From the human T2T-CHM13v2.0 reference genome, Homo sapiens: DNA of 64,000 bases. The translations under genes and the position numbers were made by a program. Where the stretch lies: the NCBI RefSeq assembly GCF_009914755.1, contig NC_060928.1; one strand, 5' to 3'. The notes under the pieces are model-generated. The model saw only the letters and a program-made list of their open reading frames with translations, did not search any database and was not told where the DNA came from. This document shows, piece by piece, positions 13,090 through 25,796 of the stretch (position 1 is its first letter; the number at the start of each line of letters is the position of its first letter).

Positions 13090-14755
13090 CTAGAAAGTTA
13101 CTGTTTAAAAAAAATACGGTAGAATCCCTATGTGTTCACCATTCACTGAACATGTATTTGCCGAGTAGGTAAAGCCCAGGAGACAGACCGCCTGGGTTCC
13201 AGTCCTGGCTCCTCTACTCACAAGCTGAGTGACCCAAAGCAGGTATTTTACCCTCTCTGCGCCTCCATTTCCCTATCTGTAAAATGGGGATAATAATAGG
13301 ACCTCCCTTTCAGAAGAGTTGTGAAGATTATGCGAGTTACTTAATACACATACATCTCTTAGAAAAGTGCCTGACATAGAGTAGTTTACGCCAATGAACA
13401 TCTGTTAGTGTTATTACTATGTGCTAGGCACACAGGATCTGCAAGTTGTAATATTATAAAGGGGGAATCAAAAAGCTAAGATCATTGAGAGACAACTTAA
13501 ATGAGGGGGTCAGCAAAGCTTTCAAGGAAGAAGATCTAAGTGAGACCTAAGGAAGGAGGTCTCATCTGAATCAGGTTAAGAAATGGGGAAAGAACCTGCC
13601 TGGGAGAAAAAGCAGTTGGTGCAAAGGCCCCGTGGTGGGAAAAAAATTGAGATGCATAAAGATGTCCATTATGGTGTTCTTTATAACAGTGGGTCCACAG
13701 ATAGTCTCGGTTCTATTTGGAGAGAACATAAGATGCTCTTCCAAATTAAGAACTCAATAAATATTAGCACCAACCATTATCATTAGTCACTCAAACCAGC
13801 ACTCCTATTCCCTTGCCCAGGCAGACATTACTAGTCTACCATAACCCATGTTCATGGGTCCTGGTAACCAGAGAGAATCAATTCATTCATTCTACAAATA
13901 TGTATTGAGCACCTACCAGGTGTCAGGCAGTGTTCTCAACAGTGGGGATGCAACGTAAGTTTTTGCCTTCGTGGACCTACATCCTAATTCTGGGCCACTT
14001 GTAATGTTTATCAAAAGTAGCTGCAAGAAATAATATTCACAGAAGACTGCCAGAATCTCCTATAGGATGTGGAGTCTATCCTTCTTTCTAGACACTTACC
14101 TTGGATCAGGCAAGACAGTAAGGAAATGGAGCCCTGGGCCCCACTGTTTCCATCCCTTAACCAGTGGCTCAGAGATGAATGGGGTGATGCTCAAAGGTGG
14201 CAAAGATGGGGTATGCATCAGTGATCAAGGCCAGAATCATGGCTTTCTGTTGGGTCCCAAACTTGGTAGTAAAGAGCAGAGTTTCTATTGATCAAATTTG
14301 AAAGTTATTCTTCATCCCCTCCCTGCAAATGGTGTCAACCAACTACTTGCGTGTCACTCTGCATGTCCCATACATTCCCTGAATCTGTCCTTATCCCCTG
14401 TACTCAGGGCTCTGTGTCAGTTTAGGCCTGCATCCGCTCGCACCCGGCCAAGTACCAGAGCCTCCCATGGGGTTTGTATTCCCAGGTTCCTCAACTCCAT
14501 CTGACATGGTGCTCACCTCAGCTTCCTAAATCACAGATCTGATGTCTCTCTCACCTCCGGAAGACCCTTCAACATTCCCCACTATCCTTGGATGGAAGGT
14601 AACCCCTTAGCACGGCACACCATGCCCCCATTGACTTGCTGCTGCATTCCCTTCCAGGCCCTACCCTCGTCCCTCTGCACACTCCAGCCTCATCATATTC
14701 TTAGAGTCCCCAAATACATGCCATGCGTGCCACTTACTAGATATTTGACCTTGAC

Positions 14756-14758
<3 letters not shown>

Positions 14759-14799
<41 letters not shown>
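14759..14799. repeat. (AC)~20 microsatellite
   Basis: Perfect AC run. Confidence 0.95.
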
Positions 14800-14802
<3 letters not shown>

Positions 14803-15199
14803 CCAGTGGTATCTCCCTCATAGGGTTAATATACAGATTAAACAAGATATCTTATATAACACACTTAGCACAGTGCTAAGTAAGCAGCCAATAAATGTTA
14901 GCACCTACCATCATCATTAGTCACTCAAACCAGCACTCCTAATTCCCTTGCCCATGCAGACATTACTAGTCTATTGTGACCCTCTGCTGTGCTTGGGCTG
15001 GATAAGAATTGTAGCATCCTGCTGAACACAGCATTCCAAAAAGTCGCTACCAATCAACAGTAGATGGCACATCATGGTGCCTGCCCAGCTGCCCTTCTGA
15101 TCCTAGTTCACCAATGGCAATGTCTGGCACAGTACCTGGCACTTGATGGGTATCAGAAAGTGCCTATGCAAAGAATAAATAGCATCATGCCTTATATAC

Positions 15200-15359
15200 C
15201 TTTTGTAGCAACTCTCGTCTTCTCTTAGTTATTAATTTTTGGTGGAGCTTTTTCTTTTCCTGCTTTAAGTCATTGTCCAACTTCTGCTTGATTGAAAAGA
15301 CTTCTGTCTGAGCCCGCTCCAATAGCATTTCCATTTGGTCTTCATCCAGGTACCCTGCT
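15200..15359 (-). CDS. EVC2: EVC2 coding exon 13 (160 nt, phase 2/0)
   Basis: TAG|A GCA GGG TAC...CAA AAG|GTATAT; AGYLDEDQMEMLLERAQTEVFSIKQKLDNDLKQEKKKLHQKLITKRRRELLQK. Not present in the ORF track. Confidence 0.96.
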
Positions 15360-15726
15360 CTAGATGGAAAGGATGTAAAGTTAGGAATGTGGTCTCCAAA
15401 CTCACCTGTAGCTTAACTGCTATTGTGCCTGAACATTCATCTCCATATTAGTTTGGTTTGAATCAGAAAATCTTTACCCTCCAGAAGAATTACAAGAATG
15501 GGCAGCTAAGATATTACTAAAGTACTAGCAGAGTAAGGGCAGAGAAAGCTCAGCACAAGAGAGACATCATTAGGGTGGAAGTTGGCAAGAGTTCTGGAAG
15601 AAAGTAACATTCGAGAGGACCACTCTGGTGCAGACAGAAGTTTCCAAGGTGAGATGGTAGATTAAAAATCCTGGTGTCAAGAACAGCACAAACAAAGTCA
15701 AAGAGGCAAAGGCAGGGAATACTCTG

Positions 15727-16563
15727 TGTGATGGTTAATTTTATGGACCAACTTGACTGGCCCAGATGAAACGTTCTTCTTGTTTTTTTTTTTTTTTTTT
15801 TTGAGATGGAGTCTGGCTCTGTTGCCCAGGCTGGAGTGCAGTGGCACCATCTTGGCTCACTGCAACCTCCGCCCCTCCAACTTTAAGCAATTCTCTGCCT
15901 CAGCCTCCGGAGTAGTTGGGATTACAGGCGCGTGCCACCACGCCAGCTAATTTTTTTTGTATTTTTAGTAGAGACGGGGTTTCACCATCTTGGCCAGGCT
16001 GGTCTTAAACTCCTGACCTCGTGATCCACCCGCCTCGGCCTTCCAAAGTGCTGGGATTACAGGCGTGAGCTACTGCGCCTGGCCGAAACATTCTTTTTGG
16101 GTGTGCCTGTGAGGGTGTTTCCAGTGGAGATCAGCATTTTAATCAGTGGACTCAGTAAAGCAGACGGCCCTCCCCAGCATGAGCGGGCATCATCCAATAT
16201 GCTGAGGTCCTGAATAGAACACAGAGGCAGAGGAAAGAGGAATTTGTCCCTTTTTTTTCTGCCTTACAGCTAACAGTGGGACCTCTCATCTCATCTTTTC
16301 CTGCCCTTGGACTGGGACTTACACCATCAGCTCCCTCTGGTTCTCAGGCCTTCAGATTTGGACTGAATTATACCATTGGCTTTCCTGGGTCTCCAGCTTG
16401 CAGGCAGCAGACAATGGGATTTCTCAACCTCCATAATCACTTGAGCTAGTTCCTATTTATATAGGAAGCTATTTGTATTGCAAGCTGGAAACAGCAAACG
16501 ATGCTGTCTATATGTTTACATATCCTGTTGTTTCTGTTTCCCTGGAGTACCCTGACGAGTACA
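15727..16563 (+). mobile_element. MLT2 (ERVL) solo LTR interrupted by an Alu
   Basis: TGTGATGGTTAATTTTATG start and CCCTGACGAGTACA end; 5-bp TSD CTCTG (15722-15726 and 16564-16568), typical of class III ERV. Confidence 0.88.
15782..16084 (-). mobile_element. AluS inserted in the MLT2 LTR
   Basis: Full reverse Alu; TSD GAAAC(G/A)TTCTT. Confidence 0.93.
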
Positions 16564-17631
16564 CTCTGCTACCAGCATTACCACTATCATTCCTAGACTG
16601 CCTGCATCCCTGGGCTGAGTCCCCAGCTTGGCCCAGGGAAGACTCTCAAGGGAGGTTCCTTGAAGGAAGGAACAGGTGAAGGAATCAGTAGTAGATACAT
16701 GTTTTAGAAATATAATTATGTCTTTTAAAATAGAATTTGAAAAGAAGAGATGAAGCATCTTTCCCTGGTGACTGCTCACAACCAGCTGGTGGGCCCTTCA
16801 ATTCAAGGCAAAGAACTGTTTCTTTCACTTGAGTGCAAATTAAAATCAGGAATGCGAAGTAAATTGCAGTGATAAATTCATTAGCATATTTAGGTGGGGA
16901 GTGTTTGCATAATTTGCACCTTACGGAATCCTCATTAAACAGAGCAGGAGAGGGTCAAAGTCCCAACAAGGTTACCTAGTAGCGGAACCACAGTAAAACA
17001 ACAGATTGTCATAAGAAAGCCGCTTTATAGTCATGTCCCTATTCATTTCAGAGCTTTTTGTAACCTAAAAGAATAAATTTTGTTCTTTACAATTAAGTCA
17101 CCTCAAAGAATAGCTGAGAAGGAATGCTGCAGAGAGGCAAAGGATGGCACTTAGAACTCTGTGACACCACCATACACTTGACCACAGGATCCCAGGTGCT
17201 GCTCAGAAAAACCATTTGGAATCCAAGACAACCATCCCTGTATTTATACTTAGTGTCAAAGGTGAATGCGAGAGCCGGCAGTGTGCTAGATCTTAAAGAG
17301 AAGTGGGCTCTTCCATCACATGGTCCATGTGAGCCTCATCACTGATTTCTCCAGAATATGTTGTTGGAATTCTGCTTGAAAATAATCTGGGGTGGAGATG
17401 TGTAGCTACATCAAAACTGGCCATGAGTGGGGCTCATTATACAGACTATTGCAACTATATGCAACAGTCTATGTCTAGACTATTGCATATGCTTTTAAAA
17501 TTCTGTAACACAAAGGATTTTTACAAGATAATTCTTCTTCAGAAATAATAAGTGAGGAGCAGTCAGCACATACGCTGAATAAACAGTAGTGGGTCTCCAG
17601 TGAGGAAGGTTTGTGTCAGGCAGTTCATTTG

Positions 17632-17977
17632 TGCCGTGGTGTGAATGTCACCTTCAAAACTTGAAATTTAATTGCCATTGTGACAGTATTAAGAGACGGG
17701 ACCTTTACGAGATGATTAGGTCATGAGGGATCCACCCTCATGAATGGATTAATGCCATTTCTGTGTTAGTTATCACGGGTTTGACTCCCTTTTTCTGTCT
17801 CACACATGCACTTCTTCCCACATGATGCCCTTCCACCATGTTATGATGAAGTAAGAAGGCCCTCACTCGATCTTGAACTTCCCAGCCTCTAGAACTATGA
17901 ACCAAATATATCTCTTCTATTTATAAATTACCCAGTCTGTGGTATTCTGTCATAGCAGCAGAAAACAGACTAAGACA
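17632..17977 (+). mobile_element. MaLR LTR (MST-like)
   Basis: TGCCGTGGTGTGAATG start; TATAAATTACCCAGTCTGTGGTATTCTGTCATAGCAGCAGAAAACAGACTAAGACA end. Confidence 0.85.
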
Positions 17978-18009
17978 GTTCGCACTGTTGGGACAGTGTT
18001 GAGTGGTAC

Positions 18010-18185
18010 CTCTCGTGCTTCTGAATGAGGTGAGTCAGCTGGGCTGCAGCGGTGCTCAGAAGGCCCTGCACACGGGTCTCTGATGACTGGAGGTTCTGGA
18101 CCAGATATTCCCTGTGGCCAAATCTTTTACTTAGATGATACCTCTTACTAGCCTGGAAAAAGTCCATTAACTCTTCTACATTCTC
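18010..18185 (-). CDS. EVC2: EVC2 coding exon 12 (176 nt, phase 0/2)
   Basis: CAG|GAG AAT GTA...CAC GAG AG|GTACCA; ENVEELMDFFQASKRYHLSKRFGHREY...LTHLIQKHER. Confidence 0.96.
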
Positions 18186-20689
18186 CTGTCAATTAAAAAA
18201 AAAAACAAGAAAATATGCCTAATTAAAATTTAGAGCATAATCTTTCTAGACATTTAAAATATTATTTTTCCTTTTATAAGAAAATACACAAGAAAAGAAA
18301 CATGAGAATTAACACCTTTAACCTCCCTGCCTGTAACAAAGGCTTATGAGAAAATTACATACAAATAAGAAATGAGGGCTTTGAAAAGTGCATTCTAGAC
18401 CCAGATGGTAAAGAGTTATCAGAACAACTTCACTGCCCTACGGAACATAAATTTCACTAATTCAGCCATTTATCCTTCATCCATGCACGCTCCCTTTCCA
18501 CCTGTGGAGTTCCTACAAGTGCTGAACACCAGGATGAGGTGCTGAAGTTCTGGGAGAAGTCAGCCATCAGCCCAACCCCAAGGAGCTCCCACCACCACAG
18601 AGGAGACAAAACCAGGATGGGCACAAAGAAAGCAAGAAGGTTTTTCCTCAGCCTACAAAATGAACAAAACGTAACCAAACACAGGAGAGTAATAACCTAG
18701 ATAATGTGAGGTGTGTTCTCTGGACCTAACACTGGGCCAAGAGTGTTTCATGTCTCATCTAACTCAACCTAGGGAGACAGTACTATTATTCCCATTTCAC
18801 AGATGAGGAAACTGAGTCCACATCAGACAAATGGCTGAGCAGGGATTTGAACTCAGCAGTCTAATTCCAGGACCTGTGCTCTAACATCATAATAGCCTGC
18901 TTCCAAAAATCCCACTTTAACCAGAGGCATAGTAATTAGACCAGGAACATCAGTAGAACTACTCTATGGACTGGCTTCGTTGTCCTTTTTCTATCTGTGG
19001 AAATATCACCCATACAATGGATAACCAAAAGTGTCAACGCTTTGTTCAACAGGGAACATAGGACAGCATGGACGTTCCCCTTCCCACATAAGAGCTGTAA
19101 CATCTCCACATCTCAACACTTGGGAATTAGCATCATCCAGTCAGTGAAAAGCTGCATGGCCAGTCAGGTGTGGCTTCACACACACTAGCATCTCCCTAAG
19201 GGCCACTGGCACCAGAATCCGTGTAACAGGAAGGTTACAGCAATGTTCCTGCTCTCCACCTAGCGGGATCCATGCATGCTGATTGATGGGAGCCCATGTT
19301 GTAAGGAAATTCAGAATTGGTATCCTTAAATACTCTCATAGCTCTGGTCAAGAAAGCTTGTAGGGCAGTACTGTTATCACCTGTGGAGTTACTTTCTGGC
19401 ATAATATCATTCACAATAGCATGCATTCTTTTTAACTTGAGTGCTCTGGCATTGAGAGTCAGCCACTGCTCATCATGAGAGTAAAATGATAACGAATCTG
19501 TGAATATCTAAGTAACGCCATGGCGTCTGAATACCAAGCTATGAATATGACAGAATTTGTGCTTTATGTATGCTCACTGAGGATTTAGTGGGAAAAACCT
19601 AGATTAAATGGAGGGGGGAGCTCGTTCTCTGTCCTGGGTGCCTTCTGGGAATGGGAGGCTTGTGACGATTACTCGGTCTCCTCCTGGGATGGCCCTGATG
19701 TCTCAGCCCTCATGCGCTCGGCCTGGTACTAGCTGCAGGTCCCCAGAGGATGGGCAGGGCCAGCCTTTGTCTTGTCAGTGGTTGGGTGAATGCTGAGGAC
19801 CTGCTCACAGACGCAGGGAAGGCCGCCTGTGCCCGCACCTCCTCTGGACTTCATCTTTCGCCACTGTCTTAGCAATGGAGTAACAGAGGCTGGTCATAAG
19901 CCCTGATTCACCCTAGATGGATGTGGCTCATTCTGCTATGGGTGGAATCTGTCCTTCTAGCACAAGTAGGGAATTTCAAGGTGGGAAAATTAACCAGCAA
20001 GCCACTTTCTGGAATGATTTTCATTTATAAAGATAAAAATGAAATAGCAGTGTCCACTACATCAGAAAAAGCACTGCTCAAGAAGCACAGTGATGCACTC
20101 ATGACCGTGAACACATTACTGCACTGAGGAACAAATCAACCCCTATGGACCTGACTCTGCCAGATGCTGCTCCAAGGCCTCCAGCACCATCCAAAGGTAC
20201 CCTTGCTGCTTGAGAAACAGAGGTTGGCTCATAACCTGGATGAGGCAGCCTGTCTAAAGAATGACATTTGCATTTCTCAAACATCTTATTGACAGTCGGA
20301 ATAGAAAATTCCATAAAATAAAATAAGAGTTTGCTCACAATTACCCTTACCATCAGCTAGAGCAAGCTATCAGCACCAGTGACAGCGCTGGAGCCAAACA
20401 ACAAAGTGCATTCTTGTAAAGCAGTGATGTCACTGTGTGTGCCTGTGTGTGCATGCACTTGTGCATGTAAAATCCCTCACACAGGCCTCCTAAGAATTTC
20501 CACAGTGATGCTGACAGTTTCAGATAGACTGTTTTCACTACCGCCTAAGAAATTATTTTGTTGGACTAACAACATTCACACTCAAGCTGACATGCAAAAA
20601 TACACAAATCCATCCAAGTATATCCAGGCACAGATACTAAACCCTACATATACATCAATACATGCACACATACATGCATATATGTATAT

Positions 20690-20831
20690 TTTATTTGAGA
20701 CAGGGTCTGGCTTTGTCACCCAGGCTGGAGCGCAGTGGTGCTATCATGGCTCACTGTAGCCTCAACCTCCTGGGCTCAAGCAATCCTCCCATCTTGGCCT
20801 CCTAAAGTGCTGGGAGCCACCAAGCCTGGCC
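20690..20831 (-). mobile_element. Short, internally deleted AluJ/FLAM fragment
   Basis: GAGACAGGGTCT...CAAGCAATCCTCCCATCTTGGCCTCC...CCTGGCC. Confidence 0.8.
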
Positions 20832-21243
20832 TGTATTTCCTTTCCACTGCTATATACATTAAACATATGTTATGCCAAGCACTAACTTTCCACGAGTCAG
20901 CTCATCAAATTTCCATCACACCCTCGTGGGTGTGGGCATTCTATCACACTCATCTTATAAGTGACGAAACTAAGGCTCAAAGAAGTGAGGTAACTTGCTC
21001 AAGTTCACGCAGTAGACTGGGGGGGGGAACTGAAATTCCAATCCAGGTCAGCCCGAGTTCAAGGCCTGTACTCCAAGCCACCATTTTCCCTGCTTACTGG
21101 AAACTCACACACCAAGAGATAGAAGAGAAAGCTCACTAGTGCACAGTACAAAGGAGAGGCAGGACTGAACTCTGAGAGAGGAGACATTTACTGAAACAAT
21201 TCAGAAAAATTACTTTTCCATCACAGCGAGGCTGATGTATTAC

Positions 21244-21483
21244 CTGTATTTTAGAATAATTTTGCAGCAGCATTTTAGCTGCCTCTGGTTTCAATTCCCC
21301 TTTGAAAATAGCACTTTTTATCTGGGTAAAAAAGATACTGTGCAGTTCATTTCTCTGGAAAACAGCCAGCTGTCTGTGAGCTTTGGCAAAGTCTTCTTCT
21401 TGTTGCAAAGCGAGAGACTTCCTCAAGTGCTCCTGTTCCAGGCCATGGAGGGTCCGCAGAAGGTTGCTGCACTCTACAGCAGA
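21244..21483 (-). CDS. EVC2: EVC2 coding exon 11 (240 nt, phase 0/0)
   Basis: CAG|TCT GCT GTA...ATA CAG|GTAATA; SAVECSNLLRTLHGLEQEHLRK...AAKMLLQNYSKIQ. Confidence 0.97.
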
Positions 21484-21516
21484 CTGGAGAGAGGAAAGGG
21501 AGAGCGTGAGAAACTG

Positions 21517-21829
21517 ACACACTGAACATGCACCTACATGTGCATGCAATGCAATGTGTACAGGCACATGTGCACACACAATGTGTACATGAACACACAG
21601 ATGCATGCACATATGCATTACAATATATACACACATGCGCATGCAGTGTGTGCATGCACATGTGTGCACAGGCACATACACAATGTGTAAGGCAATGTAC
21701 ACACATGCAATATGTACACGCACACATGGGCACACACAGAACTTGCACACACACAAGGCACAAGTACATGTGCGCACACAGCATATACACACACAGCAAA
21801 AACAAGGCACACACATAGACACACACACA
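21517..21829. repeat. Degenerate (CA/TG/CATG)n purine-pyrimidine tract
   Basis: About 310 bp of CACA/TGCA/TGTG alternation. Confidence 0.9.
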
Positions 21830-22309
21830 GTCCCAAGCTGACAATAATGAGGTTACTAAGCCCTGGAATATGCTGTTCCAACCTGTCCTCCCCTGTTATC
21901 TAAATGTTTTCTAGAATAATCTCAAAGCAGAATATTTACAGGGGTGGAAATCTGCAAATCAAACTGCTAGAAAATAGCCTGCAAAAAATGGAAATCTCTT
22001 CACTATCAGTGGGTCATGCTGTCAGGCTCACAAGATTATTTCTCCTATCTTTCATTCTCAACTTCACTGAAGAGAAAAATACCAGCAATCAGGCCCAAGT
22101 GGAGATCCTTTGGGTAAAGAGAAGCAAAAGAGGTCTTTAGAAATGGCTGCTTGGATGCCTGCATAGTATGAGGTCTTGTGTGAGGAATGAAAGGAAGCTC
22201 ACCTCTACTGAGCTCCTGATCCATTTGCATACGGCCTCCCCCCAATTATCTCAGTAAGGAGCTGAGATATTATCTCAGAGGGAGCTGTTCTTCACTCCAC
22301 ATGGGTAGG

Positions 22310-22870
22310 CGGGATTCTGGAATGGCCCCTGATCCCCAGGCCCCAGTATATATGCCACATAAATTCCCTCCCCTTGAGCATGGGAATGAATCTGATTAAG
22401 TCACTCCTGTGATTGGTTTACATCATATGGCAAAGCTGAGGGTGTCTTGATGATGTAATTAAGGTCACTAATCAGTTGACTTTGAATTAATCAAAAGGAA
22501 GACTCTCCTGGGTGGGCCTGACTCCTTAAAAGAAGCATTGGAGCCTTCCTAAAGAGAGAGACCCTCTCCTGCTGGCTTTGAAGAACCAAACAGCCAGGCT
22601 GTAAACTGTCTCCGCAGAAGGGAAACTTCTAGGAGCTGAGGGCCTCAGTCTTGTACCCACAAAGAAGTGAGTTCTGCAAACAGCTTGAATGAGCTTGGAC
22701 CAGGACCCCAAGCTCCAGAGGAGAATGCAGCTCAGCCAAGACCCTGATTGCCAGCCTGCAACATCCTGAGCATAGGTCACAGTGAAGCTGTGCCCAGACT
22801 CCTGACCATGGACACTGAGACAATGTCACTAATGTGTGTGGTTGCTTAGGCAGGAATAGAAAACTGACAC
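22310..22870 (+). mobile_element. MaLR LTR (MLT1E/F-like)
   Basis: GATGTAATTAAGGTCACTAATCAGTTGACTTTG...CCAGACTCCTGACCATGGACACTGAGA; boundaries approximate. Confidence 0.7.
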
Positions 22871-24480
22871 CCTCCGTTTTATAAGAGAAGAAACACAAGC
22901 TTAGAGAAGGTAAGAGCTTTCCCAAATTCTCACCCATGCTCAGCTAGGGGAGGAAGCGTGTTGAAAGCAAGTGTTCAGGCTCCAAGCTCTGAAACCACTC
23001 AAGGCAGTGACAGTGGAGCTTGTTGGTGAAGCGAAGGCAGGGAAAGGCTTACGCGTGCAGGATGCGTGGGTACAGCCATCCCAAATGGCCAATAAAGGCC
23101 TGGCCTTGGGAAGCAGGCAGGTGTGGCATCATGCCATGGCTGGGCTGAGTAGAAGCCCGAGGAAGGCAGAAGGGGCTCCGGTGCACAGGGCAAAGGCCAG
23201 AGCTCCTTCAGGCTAAACAAGGTTGGAATGCTCTATCACCCACCAGAATTCTCTGGTTTCAGTAAATAGCATCACTTGCTCCCCAATTTCCCAAGTCACA
23301 GACCTGCTCACCTCCACTTCCAATAACTCACAGAAGCTCTCAAAGGTGACATGCTGATCTCTAGCTTTCTCCGTCTCTCCAGTCCCTTTTACTTATTGTT
23401 TGATTTGTTCAGAATCTGGGCCAGAAAGACAAGCATTATTTAGAGCCTTCTAAAGAGGTCCAAGGGCCAACACATGGCATCCCCTGCCTTGCAGGTGCTC
23501 ACAGCAAAGCCTAGTGGATGACAGCAGGGGCCATGAGGCTACAAGTCAAAGGCTTTTATGTGCATCCTCTTGGCAACTCTGTCAGGACCCTTGCCCATAC
23601 TAATAGCTTGCCTTGCCCACCAAATAACAATTCAGTCTTTTTAAAAAGCTGATTTTATAACAAAGGATTAGATTCGACATAATGAGTCACTCTATTACAG
23701 AGAAATGGTATTCACAGCTGACTTGATCTAAATCAAAGGATGCAATTCACCAACAACCAGGAGGGTGTCAGGACCCTGAGTCTGGGCACCGCAGGGGCAT
23801 TCCGCTACGAATGACTAGCTGGTGCCCAGTTATGTCGGTTCATCCATCAAAGCGACCTTCTTTTTTTGACAGTATAGAATTTGACAAGTCCCAAACTTCA
23901 ATTTATTTTAATTAATAGAAATGAAATACGGGGTAATTTCCATTTAGCTTCTCACAGGCAAGATAAAAAGCAGACACACACACAAATCCTAAAATAAAAT
24001 ATTTGGGCCTTTTTTAGAATCATATCTCTGCCGAAGAATAAAGTATGAGGCAATGATGTATTTGTGCCATAGTGAAACACTCTCTAAAATACATGTGGAC
24101 AGGACTCCCATGCCCACTTCAAAAGGGAGTTCAGAGCCTTGCAGATGTGAGTTCCACCCCTGACCTAGTTCAACCTCCTATGGCAGAGATGAGAAAACTA
24201 AGCCCTAAAGCAGGGGAGGCACACCCCTGGGCCTGCCAAACAGGGGAGGTCATGTTTCCAAATGAGTGAGGCTGCCTGGTGTGACAGGCACTAGGAACTA
24301 CTGGGGAATGGGGCAAAGTGCAAAGAGCACGCCCTGCCTGTAGGGGCAGCCTCCACCCCGTCCACCAAAGGGCTCTGCAGGAATACGGACTCAACACAGC
24401 TCAGTCTTCCCATCCTTTAGCTGGAAATCTGGGTTTTCTTAAATAAAAGTTTATATTTTAAATACTGTCAACAAATGTGC

Positions 24481-24777
24481 TTTTTTTTTTTTTTTTTTTT
24501 TTTTTTTTGAGACAGAGTCTCACTCTTTCGCCCAGGCTGGAGTGAAGTGCTGCTATCTTGGTTCACTGCAAACTCCGCCCTCTGGGTTCAAGTGATTCTC
24601 CTGGCTCAGCCTCCCAAGCGGCTGGGATTACAGGTGTCCACCACCATGCCCAGCTAATTTTTGTATTTTTAGTAGAGGCGGGATTTCACCATGTTGGCCA
24701 GGCTGGTCTCAAACACCTGACCTCAGGTGATCCACCTGTCTCGGCATCCCAAAGTGTTGGGATTACCACACCTGGCC
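24481..24777 (-). mobile_element. AluS
   Basis: T28 tail on +; TSD ACAAATGTGC (24471-24480 and 24778-24787). Confidence 0.93.
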
Positions 24778-25796
24778 ACAAATGTGCATTATAAAGGAAT
24801 GTGAAAGTAATGATTACTCACCCCCAACCCACTATTGAACTTCTCAATGAAAAAGACTTCAGGGAGATAAGGCACATGCATCCTATGGCTTCCAACACCT
24901 AGAAAAGCAAGTGTCCCCTGGAGGGAGTGTCCCATGGAGGGAGTAGGGGGCATAAACCTTAAGGGAGGATACAGAAGTTCCAGTGTGAGAAGCACAGGCC
25001 TGCATCAGGCTGGCTGCAGCAGCTGCTGTGCATGTTGACTCTACAGCATCACAAAGTGAAATCACGCTCGAAAGTGACGACTGTGCTGTCATACTCCCCA
25101 TACTCAGAAAGACAGGCAAATTGTGAAAATGTTTTATAAAAACAAATCCATCAGAAACGGTGAAAATGTCAGAATTCTTGTGCTGAGGACAAAGACTCAC
25201 ACAGGGGTTAGAAAGCCTCAGGCAGCCCAGGGCAAGACATCTGCTGGGCCTCCTCTTTCAGTGGCAGAAAAGCAGCGGGGAGAGCCTGGGTATAGAAGAC
25301 GAACCCCAGAGGAAGGACCCAGCTCTGAACTGGATGCAGGAAGCTGGATTGCCAGTCACTTCCCCTCCGGGCTTCGGTTTGCCCACCTTCAAGTAGAAAG
25401 AGTTCACATTCTGTGTTCTACACCACAGGCATCTTTAAAAATTACATTCAGTTATGAATCATAATAAACCCTTGTCCAAGGTTGACTCAGCGCCGAGCAA
25501 TGGCTGAAGTACTATACGAGAATTAACTTACTTATACTCACAACAGCCCTCTAAGACCTCAGGCATCATGATTATCCCTGTCTTAAGGATGGGGAAAGGA
25601 GACCCAGGGTGACTGGGTAACGTGCCTACTGGAGGAAAAGAGGGAGGAAATAAACCCCAGCAACCTGCCTTCTGTGCCTATATCCCCCAATACTCTCCCC
25701 AAGGTTTCTCAATGGAGAAATGCTTTGAGAACTATAAGGCATTATATACGCATTTAAATATTATAGTATGAACAAATTTCAGCTCTACATTAATTA

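Noticed and set aside
19235-19426. 63-aa minus-strand ORF (MHAIVNDIMPESN...) as a hidden exon
   Set aside because: Exons 11 and 12 already join in frame to give the known EVC2 sequence, and I recognised no convincing splice-site pair or homology.
21136-21881. Cys/Val/His-rich ORFs resembling metallothionein or zinc-binding proteins
   Set aside because: They are translations of the TG/CA tract; only 21244-21483 is a real exon.
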